From Octopus bimaculoides (taxonomy: Eukaryota), in assembly GCF_001194135.2 (NCBI RefSeq), contig NC_068981.1, forward strand, positions 14,009,634-14,073,633: 64,000 nt of DNA, read 5' to 3'. How positions within the stretch are numbered: position 1 is the stretch's first letter; each line of letters begins with the position of its first letter. The notes under the pieces were generated by a model. That model searched no databases. It was not told the DNA's origin and saw only the letters and a program-made list of their open reading frames with translations. Shown here one piece after another: positions 26,626-40,670 of the stretch. Position numbers and translations under genes: made by a program.

Positions 26626-27599
26626 GTTCTATTTGTAGCCTGTTATATTATGCGGGAAGTGCTAAAAGATACTGTCTAGCATGTTTTCATCGCATGGAAT
26701 TAATTGTAGTACTCGTATTATATAGTGCAATTATTAAATCATATTTATCTATCACAATATAGCGAACTTTTGTTGTTGGTCTTTGCATCACGGAACAGTA
26801 CACAATATATATGAAATTGCAAATAAATTGGAAAGCCCAAATATTTTATAACAGGTGTTAATCTCCACGTATTAACCTCCACGAGAAACCTGTAATATTC
26901 AAACGTTAGGGAAAAAACGAAATGTTGGGAATATTTGAAGAGCAATTGAGTCGAATATATATATATATATATATATACATACAAAGGGACATAAACATAT
27001 ATTTTATCATTTGTACATTCTTTCTCATTAACATGTTTTAAGCCATTAAGTGCAATCTTTGTAATTTTCTGCCAATCCGAAGCTAAAAGAATTGATCTTT
27101 TGTTTAACAATTTCGATTCAGCTGGCAGTGTAAATATTGATCAATTGAAAAATAAATATTGGAACCAATATAAAATATTTGATATTGCAGAGAGAGAAAA
27201 TAATTGATGACATCTTCTGTCACAGTAATCGAAGTAATTATTTGCCCGCAGAAGTTACAGTTACAAGTCATTTAAAGCTAAATATTACAGATTGAAAGTC
27301 TAAATTAATTAAATATTGAAAGTCAATGATGATGCATATGGCAAGCAAAGATGTTAAATCATTATCATTTATATTGTAACGTTGAAATCTTTCTATATTC
27401 CACATTCCCTGTTAAGAAACATCTCTGAGAGACAATCTTCCTTGAAAGGCAAAATTAATTATTTCAGCAAATACATGAAAAATACATTGTTTACTAGAGT
27501 TGTATTTATTATGGAAATTCAAAAAATGTAAGGTGTAATTTTTATTCTGCAAAACAAAACACACAAACACAAACATTTTTATCTTTATGTGTTTCAGTC

Positions 27600-27990
27600 A
27601 TTAGACTACGGCCATGCCGAGGCACCGCCTTCAAGAATTTTTAGTCGAACGAAGTGAACCCAGAAATTATTTTTTTTCTTTTAAAGGCTGGTACTTACTC
27701 TATTTCTTCATTTTGCAAACGGTTGAGTTACGGGGACGTAAATACACCAGCCCCGGTTGTCAAGCGGCGCTGGGAAACAAGCAAACATACACACAAACAA
27801 ATGCACCCAAACATGCACACGATGGGCTTCTTTCAGTTTCTGTCACAACGTTTTGGTAGATGGAAAGTGATTCACAAGGCTTTGGTAGACGGAAAGTGAC
27901 AGAAAACCGAAACTATACTAGTAGTTATTTGCTTAAGATGACTGCAGCGGGACTGAACACAGAACCATGTTGTTTCGAAGGAAGCCACTC
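27600..27990 (-). mobile_element. tRNA-derived SINE (family 2), diverged
   Basis: ggccatgc...gcaccgcc, ttacggggacgtaaa.acaccagc..cggttgtcaagcg and gggactgaac.cagaaccatgt are reverse complements of family 2 motifs. Confidence 0.7.
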
Positions 27991-28079
27991 ACCCTACATA
28001 CACGAATGTACGTATATACCGTACTATATATACTATATGTCTTGTAGAATGATACATTAAGGTGCATTTTTATGACTTC

Positions 28080-28392
28080 TACTGGATTGCTCGCAAAATT
28101 AACGTGCAAGTGGCTGAGCACTCCACAGATAAGTGTACCCTAAGCGTAGTTCTTGGGGTGATTCAACGTCATACACTGTGTGACAAGGCTGGCTCTTTGA
28201 AATACAGGTACCAGAGAAATAGGAAGAAAGATTGAAAGTTGTGCTGAAAGGGTGGATTCGCCACCACCCCCTGCCGGAGCCTCGTGGAGCTGTAGGCGTT
28301 TTCGCTCAATTAACACTCGATCTGGGAATCGAAACCGCGATCCTACGACCATGAGTCCGCTGCCCTAACCACTGGGCCATTATGCCTTCACA
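28080..28392 (-). mobile_element. tRNA-derived SINE (family 3) with intact Pol III boxes
   Basis: Minus-strand head gtgaaggcataaTGGCCCAGTGGttagggcagcggactcatggtcgtaggatcgcgGTTTCGATTCCcaga; the body is shared with the 16.8-17.1 kb copy. Confidence 0.8.
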
Positions 28393-28955
28393 AACCTATA
28401 CATACATTGGAGGGGATGTAGTTGTAAACACATAAGAATGTGCTGCATCTAGACTTATATCAATAATTGCTTCTAATTCATTCAGAATGCTGAGAGCTAT
28501 ATATTAATGGTTTGATGCGGACCTATTATAGGTACTACAACACAAATTCCAGACTAAAATCTATCTACATTTATCTAGAAATGGAAAAATTGTTTTGATA
28601 ATTAGAGGACAATATATAACATCCGCAATACACTATGTTAAGTTAGAAAAAAGGTAATAATAGACAAGTCATTAGTGGCTACTTGTAAACATACATCTAC
28701 AAACTGCCCACACATTGGCAGATATACAGTATAGCCTATACAGAATTTTAGCTATACTGCTTTGCACACTTAAATATATTACTTCTCAAATACGCCTACA
28801 CGTTTTCCTCAACACAGGGAAAATGGAAAGAAAGCGATAGTAATTGTAGTTTCATAAATCGATAAAAACATATAACAGAATTACTGAAAGGAAGGACATT
28901 CAGGAATTTCTAACGAATTTTGACCACCAAAGTTACAGAAAGAGAAATCATTTCT

Positions 28956-29042
<87 letters not shown>

Positions 29043-29663
29043 TCACACGCACACGCCCTCAGACACAATATGCACGGACGCACGCATATATTTGTGAAGT
29101 AAGGCATTGTTTACCGTTGTGATATATGAATGAAATTATTGTTGTAATAAAATTCAACAATGAGTTTTTGAATGAATGCGTTCTGCTAATGTTTAACAAA
29201 CCTATTATGCACAGACATACATTGTCACAAAAACATAAACACACACACATACACAGATACATACATGTATTTACAGATATGTGTGCACGAGTGTGCCTGC
29301 GTATTTGTGTGGTCCTCTATTTTTGTGTTTTTGTATGTATTGACGTGTGAATGTGTATTCCTGTCCCACCGTTTGACGACCAGTCTTCGTTTGTACAAGT
29401 CCCCAGCGAATGAAGCCGGTAGAAAAAGAAATGGGATATTAGTGAGACACAGTGAGAGTGCGTTTGAATGTATGTGTGTGCGTGCGTGTATTTGAATGTG
29501 TGTACGCGCGCGCGTGTTGTAGTGTCAAAACTTAGCTATGGGTTTCACATGAATGAGCTTGATTATATCAGTATTTAAGTAAAGATGTATGCGCAGGCTC
29601 ATCTTAGACATTATTTTCCTTTATATATGTATATTTATGCGTGTGCATGTGTACAATTTTATT

Positions 29664-29722
<59 letters not shown>

Positions 29723-29834
29723 ATATACAGTTAACCCAATAAAAAACAAAGAACAAACACAAAAAAAAATCAATAACGCGAGGACGTAGTGCATGTAAAG
29801 TATTAGCAGACGCTCAGGGAAGGAAATAAAGATG

Positions 29835-29869
29835 GTTTAAGGTTTCGAGCAAAGCTCTTCTTCAGAAAC
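29835..29869 (-). ncRNA. Minimal type I hammerhead motif in a probable PLE terminal-repeat fragment (about 29760-29935)
   Basis: GTTT-CTGAAGA-A-GAGC(ttt)GCTC-GAAA-CCTT-AAAC. Stem I is GTTT/AAAC. Stem III ACCT is one change from the palindrome ACGT. Confidence 0.55.
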
Positions 29870-29945
29870 AGAGGAAAGTCCAATAGAAAAAGAAGACGGA
29901 GTAAGAAAATCGCTAACGATTCACATGTGGTTACATTTTGAAATG

Positions 29946-29993
<48 letters not shown>

Positions 29994-32317
29994 TGTCTCT
30001 GCGTGTACAGAAACATATGTATTGTGTATTTTTCTTATATATATAGTGACATGTAAAAACAGTATTAAATTTAATGTTCCAAGGTATAGATTGAAGTGAT
30101 TAAAAAAAAGGACCTTCATGTCGGTTGCCTTTTGTCAGAGCAAAGAAAGACACACACACACACACACATATATATATGTATATTGCAAAATGTAACCACA
30201 CGCACCGAACCAGTGCGTGTGTTTATTACCGGCATAATGCTTCTCCCAAGGTTTAATAGTATTTCTTTCAACACACGTATTCACATCAAGAATCTTGCAC
30301 ACCAAATACACATACGAAATAAATTTGACAGATAGTTCATAATTTATTTTCAATAGATATTTCTTTATGAATACACAATTTTTATTCGATAATAGGTAAT
30401 TATGATAGAGAATACACACACACACAGACACACACAGACACACATACAGACACACACACACATACAAACACAGACACACACACACACACACACACACTCA
30501 CAAATACACACACGCTCACACGCATGCAGACAAACACACACACACACATATATTAATAAATATTAATTGAATCTAATTGAAATCAGTTTATTATTAATCA
30601 TCAGAAATATTGGAAGTATGCTAATAGTTGCTGGTTTTTAAATTCTTGATGATTTGGGATAAATTGGTTTAAATTAATTTAATCTATATACATACATGCT
30701 TAAACTTACACACACATACATATATAAAATGAGCCGACCACTTTACAACAATTTCTATTTCAACAAAAGTTTGCATCAAGAGTCTTGGGAAACCATTACA
30801 AAAACTACTTCCTATGAACTGAATAGTTAATATACATAAAGAATTCTTCCATGAGCTTTGTCAATGTCTTCAATATGCTCTTCATCTAAGTAACGAAGTC
30901 CGACCCTTGGGATATCATTGTAGTTTGGCCCCCAGAACCTATGCTAGTACATGTTAATACAAACAGACGTTGGCCCAATCTATACTATAAATCGTATATT
31001 TCAGCGAACATTCAGCATTCTAAGGAATCCAGGCACTGATTAGCCGATGTATTTATTCTAAGACGGTAACTGAGACGTTGGATGGGGGATGGATTTAGCC
31101 GCAAAATTAGCAGGTCTCGCGAACGCATAGATACTTCTTCATTCGGTTTTCATGTTGATGGTGTTATAACTTGGTCTTAGTTATAGTTTAAAAGAAAGAA
31201 ATGAATCACCTACATGTGTTTTATCAATAATGTATGTAAGAAACAGAGGCAAAAAGGAGAAAGTGAAAATTTGTTCCTGATATTATTTACATAATGGCTA
31301 CACTTTAACTATTCATAGGAATATTACACTTTTGTTCGTGATTCAGATATTGTGGTTTAGATGTTGGTAACAGAATGACTTGTTGTCTATGAGTCGTTAA
31401 GTAAAAACCAAAATGCTGTAAATATTAGGTCGACAATATTTCTTCGAACAATACATGCAAATCTTATACAAAAATTTCATTACCGCAAATAGATGTCTAA
31501 GTCGAATTTTATTGGGAAGAATTCGATTAAGAAATCATGGCGAACAATAAGATTTGGTTTGTAAATGAACATAAAAAATAATCTGACGCTTTCTCGAACA
31601 ATGTTCGCCGACCGAAATGATCAGAAAAAGCACTTAATGATGTAGTATTCAATTTCTGCAGTCTTTGTCAGTAGATGTATGAGTAAACGGCTATTCTAAA
31701 TGCTATGGTTGCTATTTCTCTCCATCATGTTTTTAATTGAGTTTCGAATTGCGGAATCACTTTATTGACAGGATATATTGAGGAAACCAATTTTAATTAA
31801 TTGTTGAATGATGGTATCGATATATAAAAGACAATTTCTAAAAGCCAAATGAAAAATGAAGGCTGAATTAAAATGAGAATAAATGAGATTTCATGGCGTC
31901 ATACTGTCAATAATATCTACTTATACAACACCCACTAAGTGACTATCTAAATTCTGTTGTTTTTTGGCTTTCGGTCAACCCGTAGAAAGCAGATCTATCA
32001 CCATGTCGGCTTTTTATATAATCAGGATCTATATTAACCAATGTAGACTTCTTTTTGAATGAGAGGTAATTATGGTTTCGTTGTTATATGAAAGCTTAAA
32101 GTGTTCCTTATCAGCCTTGTATAAAGAGTGCTCTTATTAACACAATTTTGATAAGCATACTCTGCTGCCTTGATCAACAGCACCAAGTGACCTAGGGATG
32201 CATGCATGAATGTCGTTCGGAATTGGTCGGTCACTGGATGGGGATTCTGTGATCTGTCTGTACATCTTCTGTCTCTACCTTTCCAAATGATTTTAGACTA
32301 TATCTAAACACACTGGT

Positions 32318-32369
<52 letters not shown>

Positions 32370-33829
32370 GTATTTTTTAATGTTTCAGTTGCAAAGCTGC
32401 AGTCATGCTGGAGCACCACCATTGACTGAGCTACACCATCATTTGGAAATCTTTCTAATATGTAGCATTTGGCTTTTGAGTTAACTAAATTTAATCTCAT
32501 TCCAACTACCTAGTATGCAATGACATATTACGTAGTACCCTCTTCCATCTGTCATTCAGGTTCCTCAACTTTGCCAGTTTTAATCCAACTGTTTCAGATA
32601 AGAAGCGTGTTTCACTCCTAACCCAACAGAATATATTCTTATGTGTATGTCCGTCCATACTCCACTTACAATAACTCAAACCCCCAAGACACTAATGGTT
32701 CATGCATGGGTTCTCTGAATTTCTTCAAACGTGCTAGTTCCTACCGTAATGCCTTCGATTTCTCGGAGCTAGACGTCTTGTACTTCCTCCACTAATGCAC
32801 TCCGTTCTGTTCAGCCTCTTCTTAAATCTATTCTCTCAGTTCCGTACAAACTATTATATATTTTCCTTTCTATCTCAATCATAGGACACATAGAGGCAGG
32901 CGTTGACTTACATCAATTTCAATTAAATACCAACGGCACCAATCTCCCTGATCTCCAAGGCCCTGCAAATGTCATGTCATTTCCCCGTTCTTCAAAACTC
33001 AAGATGGAAAAGACTACGTACATTCAATGGTGTTCTAGAAAATATTTTTCATTTCCTTAGATTTTGAATATTGCGTGATATGAGGAAGGAAAGATATATA
33101 CCCAGAAGGGGGAAATATATAAGCTTGTTGTAAGATATCTATTCAAAATAATAGATTTCTTTAATAACTCATATTTAGATTCAACAGAGCTTCTTAAACT
33201 TAAGCATCAAATGTCTATTCATTCGATGTGGTTCTTGTTATTTGAAGGACAGCATTGACAAAACAAGCAGTTAGCGCTGACATGTTCATAGATACTATCG
33301 TTGCAGTATGACCTGGAAGCTTGCCAAGTTTAATATTTTTTCTATGACGAGGGTAGCACTTATAATCTTAAAAGTTTGTAACTAAACATTCGTAATAGCA
33401 TTTGTAAAACTTTGTAATATGATTGTTTCACAATGTTTCCATGTTACAATTGGGAATCTCATCTTCTTATGCATTTGTATATATAATGTTCTTAATTTTG
33501 AGGTTTAACATAAAAGGAATATATCATAAATGATTTGCTTCCATATGTCTACATTTATTCTTCAACAAACGTGAATTCATTTCAGTATGAGGGTTATAAA
33601 TGTGTTTTCTTCCAGAATTCAGTTTTGCATACATTAATGTTTTGAAATCTAAAACTTTTAAGCATCCTTTGTAGAAATCGTGAATATTTCAACAGTTAAC
33701 CAAAAACCAAATTAAAAGTGGAACCTGAATTTGCATCAAATGATGTTGAACAGCTGCCCTAAGTACTTCCATGCAGTTACCACGTGCGATAAGAAGTAGA
33801 AGGCTGAACTGGATGCTATGATTATAGGT

Positions 33830-34290
33830 GGTGACACAAAAATGCGTTAGCTTCTGCATTGTAATCTTAGAAGTGGAGACGTTAGCAGGAAGGCCGAATT
33901 TGCTTTAGTCATAAATGTTGGATGATGACCGAAAGAGTACGATTATGAATACGAATGGCTGAAATGTGTTCCTCCGAAGGATCTTTGGAAAAACGTCACT
34001 CGATAGGGTGGCGTATCGCGGAGATCAGGGACTTTCTCCGCGTCGTACCTCTGCTTCAACGCATTGGAGAGTCGCAGCTCCAGCGCTACTGACAGGTGAT
34101 TAGAATGTTGTAGAAAAGAATCCCAAGACGGATACTTGAAACCAAGCCAACCGGCAAAAGAAAAATGAGGCAGCTGGATAATATAGCCCCTGTTGGTCAC
34201 ACATTGGATTGCATCCAGAAAATCTAACAAACTTTGCTTTTGATAGGACCTTATGGAGGAGTTGTCGGAGGATTCTCTCCCAACAATCCT
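33830..34290 (+). mobile_element. Decayed 3' fragment of an RTE-type LINE ORF
   Basis: IAEIRDFLRVVPLLQRIGESQLQRY*QVIRM...RIPRRILETKPTGKRK....LDNI...AFDRTLWRS resembles the RTE C-terminus EEIR...I..RQLRWYGHV.RM...PKRIL...P.GKR..GRP..W.D.I...A.DR..WR. Confidence 0.7.
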
Positions 34291-35755
34291 AAGAATAATG
34301 GTCGGAAAAGATTGATAAATGATGTTAAATATTTGGGAAATATTTTGAAATGTACAGCTTCTAAAGTCATTTAATCATTTTATTTTCAAGGTTTCATTTG
34401 TTAAACGAGTGTCAATGTAATAGAACATATATTTCAATTGAATAATGCTAATGTTAAAATTGATTTGTGGTTTCTAATTTCTTTTCCAGCTACTTCGTCT
34501 AAAGTATAGTATTTATTATTCGTTCTAATACGGATATATCATTATGGCTTTTGTTCTTGCTGAAAAGCATTTTCAGAGCACTTTTACTTATTGTTTTAAG
34601 AGTATTTTTAAATGTTGATGTCATATAAAAGAATGCTGATTTACCAGTCTCAAATTTTGTCTCGGTTCAGGTGTATTTTCAAATTTCTACACACACACAC
34701 ACACACCACGCTATCTCACTCTCTCTCGCACATGCGCGCACACATACATTGCACATTTATATTTAGTTATACCTCAATACGAAACTACTCTAACCACCCA
34801 ACGTTTTGTGACAACGCACTTATTCACGCTGCATTTCGTCACATGTATAAGTATAATTAATATCAGAGTATTTCGATAATAAAAATGTGTTTAATTTGTT
34901 TGCTTCTGTGAAGGCGATAAGTGTTGGCTGTTTCTTCTTGATTGTCTCGTGGGTGATAACATGTTAAGGTGAAGAGCGTGATGGCAGTTGCGAAAGGGTG
35001 AATCGTTAAAATAAAAAAAATGAGAGAACCGGAAATAGGGAAAACTAAGAGATTATAATCAAAGAAAATTCGATGAGAAGCACTTTTAAATTCCCAGTGT
35101 ATTTCTGAGGTGTTAATTCGGTGAATGTGATGCGTCCTACTTTCGTAAAACTGCTCCTCAAATGTGTGCATTTATATTTCTGAGATGGCTTACTTAAACA
35201 GAACTTTTCATTATGAAAGTTTCGGAAGACTTTTCTCTGATGCAGGCAGTTTACATCATACCCTTCTATTTCTGAAGGGTTCAGAGATTTCGTTAATTTA
35301 GCATGCATTCAAACTACAAACACTTTAGTTTTAACTTTCTCACTCCTCGGGTCTAAATGTGTGTAAAGACCTGAAATGCATCGCAAGTTTTTAGCTCAAA
35401 GCGGGGACAGCATGCCAACTAATTTTTCCTCACTAGAGCTTTAATCTTTATACTTCTCAACCGGGTTGACTATTCTCTAATAGATTAAGCTGTACTTGAA
35501 AACAAAAACAGATATTAAAAATTATCAAATTTAGCATGAGCGCCCTGTATATACTAACATTTAGAATGACAGTGATTTTGAAATGTCGCTATCACTATTA
35601 CTAGACTGTCTGTTATTGGATTTTGAGCTCACCACTTGTAGCAAATATACATTATGCACTATACATACACACACACACAGACACACACACGCATACACAC
35701 ACACAAACACACACACACGCACACATATACACATACACACACACANNNNNNNNNN

Positions 35756-35797
<42 letters not shown>

Positions 35798-35959
35798 TAT
35801 GAGTGTATAATTTTAAATATACGGAAATTAATTTATATTATAAAAGCAGAATTCATGTGACTACACCAATTTAGAATAATAATACAACATATATTTTTGG
35901 CAGTTAGTAAAACTCCAACTTTAATGATACTAAGGGTACTCGAATCACATCCTTAGACG

Positions 35960-37800
35960 TTTTCTGTATAACAACGGACTCATCTGACTCCGCCCAAAAA
36001 ACAGAATTCTTGCAGCTAAAGCAATATTTTCCCAACATTTCCGGCGGTCTGTCTCTATAGAGACGATGCACTTTTCGCAACTAAAAATTTATCCCGTCCG
36101 GCGATTGAACGCACTAAGAAATCTTAGATAGAATTCTTTAAAAGATAATAATTCAAATATTGTATTTGAAATGGAAAATAAGGTAGCCAACTTCTTGAAT
36201 ATCACACTTAACCTTAATACTAATCTTCACTTATCCATATAGTAAGCCCAACCGAACACTTCAGTACCTAAATATTCTTTCTAATCATCCTAGATGAACC
36301 CTCAATAGCATGGTAACAACCATTTCTATTAGAATTACAAGCTTATCTGCCAATGAAGAAATATTCAACACTCATATTCCATATTACAACCAATCTCTAA
36401 AATTAAATGGCTTCAAAAGTAAAATATTGTATATCTTTGATACAATGCTCAAAATTAGAATTGCCAAACTCTTCACGAGAACTAACTCACAATCTAAAAC
36501 TGTGGCCTCCGCTTTAAATAAACCAATTAGATATATGTATATAAAAAAAAAAACACTTACGGATAACATCCGTGTAAATAATATGTCATTTAGGAATTAG
36601 CATAAGTATAAATCATATAAATCCGACCAAATTAATGAAACCAAATTCTCAAAATCTACGAAACGGGTAATTATATCGTTCGCCCTACCCTTCTCTCTTC
36701 AGGCTAGATCATTACCAAAACTATTCTTTAAAATTTTGAAACAAGTTGTCTGATTCAAACTTAGACTTCAGAGGTCTACCCACCCAAATACTTGTATTAC
36801 ACCCCATAACTCAAAAACCCATACTAGGTATAACAAAAACGATATGCCAAAAACGATATACCTTCTACCAGTTGAGGGTATTCTGATGTCTGTTAAACGG
36901 AAGACATGTAATTGTCGCATCCCGGACTCATGCCCACTTGCTGGAATGTCTGCGCAGCAATGTAGTTTATAAGGGCTGCCTAGAGATTGTTTCCACACAG
37001 AGGGTAAGTGTTTATTTAGGAAGTTCTATTGATTTTAAGCGTCACTATAGGGCTCGTTTGAATTCTTTTACTAACTTCAAATAGAAATTTATAACAACGT
37101 TAGCCACACATATACACGAACTTAAGTTAAAGAATATATAATATTCATTATCTTGGTCAATAATAGCAGAAGCCAGTCTATGTAATGCAATTACGCGTGT
37201 ATGTAAACAATGTATTAAAGAATCTATAAATATCCTCCGTCTATATAAATCTACATTATTGAATAAGTTCCCGGATGTTATGTACTCTTGTAATCATAGA
37301 TGCCATTCAACATTTAAGCATTTTGGTCAATCTAGATAGAATCATAATTTAACTCTATAATTAGTTACATTCCACCGAATATTTATACTCGCACTCCCTT
37401 CACTTTCCTCTTCACTTGTTTGTAATCTCTGATATTTTCTAAATATACTTCCCACAATTCTTGCTATAATATTTCCTCTTCCTGCTAACATGTACATCTC
37501 TTTATAAAACCAAACACCTACGTACTCATTATGACAGTCTATGAGATGTGAATCTTTAACTAATACATTCTCCTTAACGAAGGAGGTAGTGACTATAATT
37601 TGGATAGGAATATCCTTTATTTGTATGGAATACTGTAACCTTGAAACGGCCGTCGGAGTATAACCATTTAATTCTTGAAATTGGAAACTTTATCTTTCAT
37701 ATGGATGCATAAACATTTCTTTCCTCGCCTTTTCACGAGGATTTAAACTTTTAATTTTTTATATATTTTTTTAATAACTTTTTAACAACACTCTTAATCT
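35960..37800 (+). mobile_element. Degenerate Penelope-like retroelement (RT plus GIY-YIG endonuclease, Naiad-like), 5'-truncated
   Basis: YRDD at 36056-36067; KVANFLNITLNL; PYSKPN...YLN..SNHP; ISIRITSLSANEEIFN..IPYYNQSLK.NGF; zinc knuckle KTCNCR..DSCPLAG.C (from 36901); NVVYKG...VYLG; TTLATHIHELK; W.II; C..C; LLNK; stop at 37337-37339. Multiple stops and frameshifts. Confidence 0.85.
37567..37661 (+). ncRNA. Decayed hammerhead motif in the PLE 3' terminal repeat
   Basis: ATTCTCC-TTAACGA (two transitions from CTGACGA)-AGG...62-nt region...CCTT-GAAA-CGGCCGTC-GGAGTAT. Perfect palindromic stem III ACGGCCGT, GUC site, stem I 6/7. Confidence 0.5.
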
Positions 37801-37904
37801 GTAGTAGGACAATGTCTTTATCATATACCTATTCAAATGCTAATAAATTTTTATACATCTATATAGTTTTTCTACCCATAGAAGCTGTCTGTGTAATAAA
37901 CAAA

Positions 37905-37976
37905 AATATAAATACATTAGTTTATATATATATATTAATATATATATATATATATATAAACTAATGTATTTATATT
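37905..37976. repeat. AT-rich palindrome with (TA)n centre
   Basis: aatataaatacattagtttatata ... tatataaactaatgtatttatatt; perfect 24-bp arms. Confidence 0.9.
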
Positions 37977-40384
37977 AGTTTATATGTACGTATGTATATT
38001 ACGAGCGGTGCGCATAAACTCTAGTAACAGAGTGTATACTGTCACTGAAGCGACTTGATATAACAATTAATTTCTGCTGAAAATAAACATTTACGTAAAC
38101 TCTGATAAGGAACACGTGCAATACTTCTAACCAAAGTACACTCTCTCAAAAGAAATACATAAGGTGATAGAAATGGAATTCAACAAAAAGTGTAACAATT
38201 TTTTAGAATTTTTCAAATTGTGTAGTTAAGAGGACTCACGATTTGAAACTACGCCCTTAAAGAGAAACAGTGCTTGATGAAAATACACCTAACATATACT
38301 GTTTAATTCGTGTCATTTACAAAACCCAGTAAACAATTTCAATAGGAAAAAATAAAAGTCACGAAAACCGTTCACTCACTTCTCACATGTTTTCATGCAT
38401 GCTTCCCAATCATGGTTGTGTAAGTTTATCTATTAGATTTATATTGGTTGCGTGACTCAAAGTTTTCATTGTACCATTTTAACCGAGATAAATAGATAAA
38501 AATATATTGTAAAAGAAATACCAGACACATGAAAACGGAAAACAAACCTATGGAATTCTAGAATGGTCTGAAACACATTTCTGAAAAATATTTCTGCCTT
38601 ACTACACATCAAACCAATATTTCGTTCCTCTCGCTAAGCATTCCAGTAGGAAAGGGACTTGCTGAAGGGAAAACAAAAATATTTAACGCAGCAGGGTGTA
38701 TAGAATGGAAGAGATATCGGAAACAAATTTACTTTGTAAAAATGAAATAGTTTTTTTTTTAACATCCCACGAGTATTCTGCACGTTTAGTTTGTAAATTT
38801 CTTCCTTCATTCAGTCATTCTATACGTTTTCTATACGTATTTATATTAGGGAAAATGTTTACTAAACCACATTTAAAAATACACGTACGACATTTTAGTT
38901 ATCTAGCATCAATGCGCATGCACGAACGTGAGTGCTTATGCGTGTCTATTAAAAATAATAAGATGTATAAGGGATCAACTGATTGATTCTTCTGAAACAT
39001 ATTTAAGATTTCCAGTTCAAATACTTTGTATTATACCGTCATTCATGTTAGGAACATACATAACTACGTGACTTTGTGATTAATTAAATAAGTGATGTTT
39101 TATTGGTTCTCTTCATAATGACTGGTGTAATGAAAAAGCCAAACTTCTGAAACACACATTTCATCATTTCTTGATGAAGCTGTTTTCATTCAGCATTGAT
39201 TCCGAAGCCCACAGGAATTGCCAATCTGTCAATCTCTAACATAAACAGATTCTGTGCCCAAACAAAGTAAAAGATCCGTACTACATAATTGCGTTTGGTG
39301 AACCATGGTAAATAGAAATAACAACATTTTAGCACAGATCATGACTGAGTTGCAATTCTTATTTAAATCACTACGATATTTTAATTTAGAAATGGGTTGA
39401 CCCTTGCGTACACATTTGTATCAATGAAATATAAACGTATTATTTAATTGTATTCAGCTATGATTTATTGATAGTTTGACGACACAGCTAGAGATTGTTC
39501 TTTATGACTTCAAGTGAACGAACAACAGTAATAGCGAACTGACAAATCATCTAATGATATTTGTATATATTTCATTTTGGTATTTCAGATCTTCCTGCGA
39601 AATATTTATTGATGTGTTTTCGGAACACTCTTTCTGAGTAAGGTATATTCAAGGTTTTTCTGCTTCTAGTTTGGAAATAGTCATACTTTTCCGTTGGAGC
39701 GTTTTGAAATCGAGCTATTCGGGAAGGAATAAACATTTGCAAATAAACATCATTAGTATACTCATTAATTCATAGATGTACAGTTGGACCTTACAGAATC
39801 CACAAATGAGAATCATCTAGGGTCTTCCAATACAGATATATTCATAATCTCCTTCATGGAAGGTTTGGGCGAAATAGCTACCATAAATGAAAAGGAAAAT
39901 GCTACATGAAACCATGATTAACTCAACATGGTGTTCACAATATAGAGGTTTTCAATCTAAAGCTAATTGTACGTCAGGACAGTAGCGTCAAATGAGATGA
40001 GATGAAAAGAAACTTAGTTCAAATATACAATAAGCACTATATCATATATATATATATCAACTCAGTAGTTAAAAAATAAACATCAGATTGGGCAAACACC
40101 ATTATATCATCCCCGTATATTGACATCGTTGAACATAAATAAATACACATTAAAATACCAGGGCGTTCAACACACGAAACCTGAAGGTATAAGAATATAC
40201 ACATATTAAGGCGTGTGAAAAACCGGTAAAGAATGATGCGTATGAAAGCGTATGAAGAAAAATATGAATGTATATATAGTAAGGTGACTAAAACTTAAAA
40301 AATATGAGATAGTTAAACTATTAAAGGGATTTGAATAATTCACATTTGGAAACATGGCTGTTTTGTTCAAAATCTTTAAACAAA

Positions 40385-40621
40385 CCTTATTCAGGGACCT
40401 TTTGAGCGGAATGGGCTACTCGGCCTGAAGAAAATTCTAACTAGGCCCCACCTGCGAGGTCATGCGCTGTTTATCTTGATATGTGATCACCATGTCGCGC
40501 ACATATGGTTGTCATGCATGTGCCGGTGTACCCTTATCAGACGAGTAGTCATGATGGGTATATTGGGCTTCGTATATTTTACCCTAGTTTCACTTTGATG
40601 GCATGCACTGCGCTCTCACAC

Positions 40622-40656
<35 letters not shown>

Positions 40657-40670
40657 TGATAATTAATATT
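40385..40670 (+). mobile_element. Probable 3' end of a non-LTR retroelement with an (AAT)n tail
   Basis: Locally GC-rich segment ending in (GAT/AAT)n. It resembles a repeat I recall from octopus genomes, but there is no second copy or ORF in the window to confirm it. Confidence 0.45.

Noticed and set aside
36295-36297. In-frame TGA in the PLE RT as selenocysteine (reported for some Naiad elements)
   Set aside because: The codon is not at a conserved cysteine, the visible cysteine motifs use TGT/TGC, and the copy has many other stops and frameshifts.
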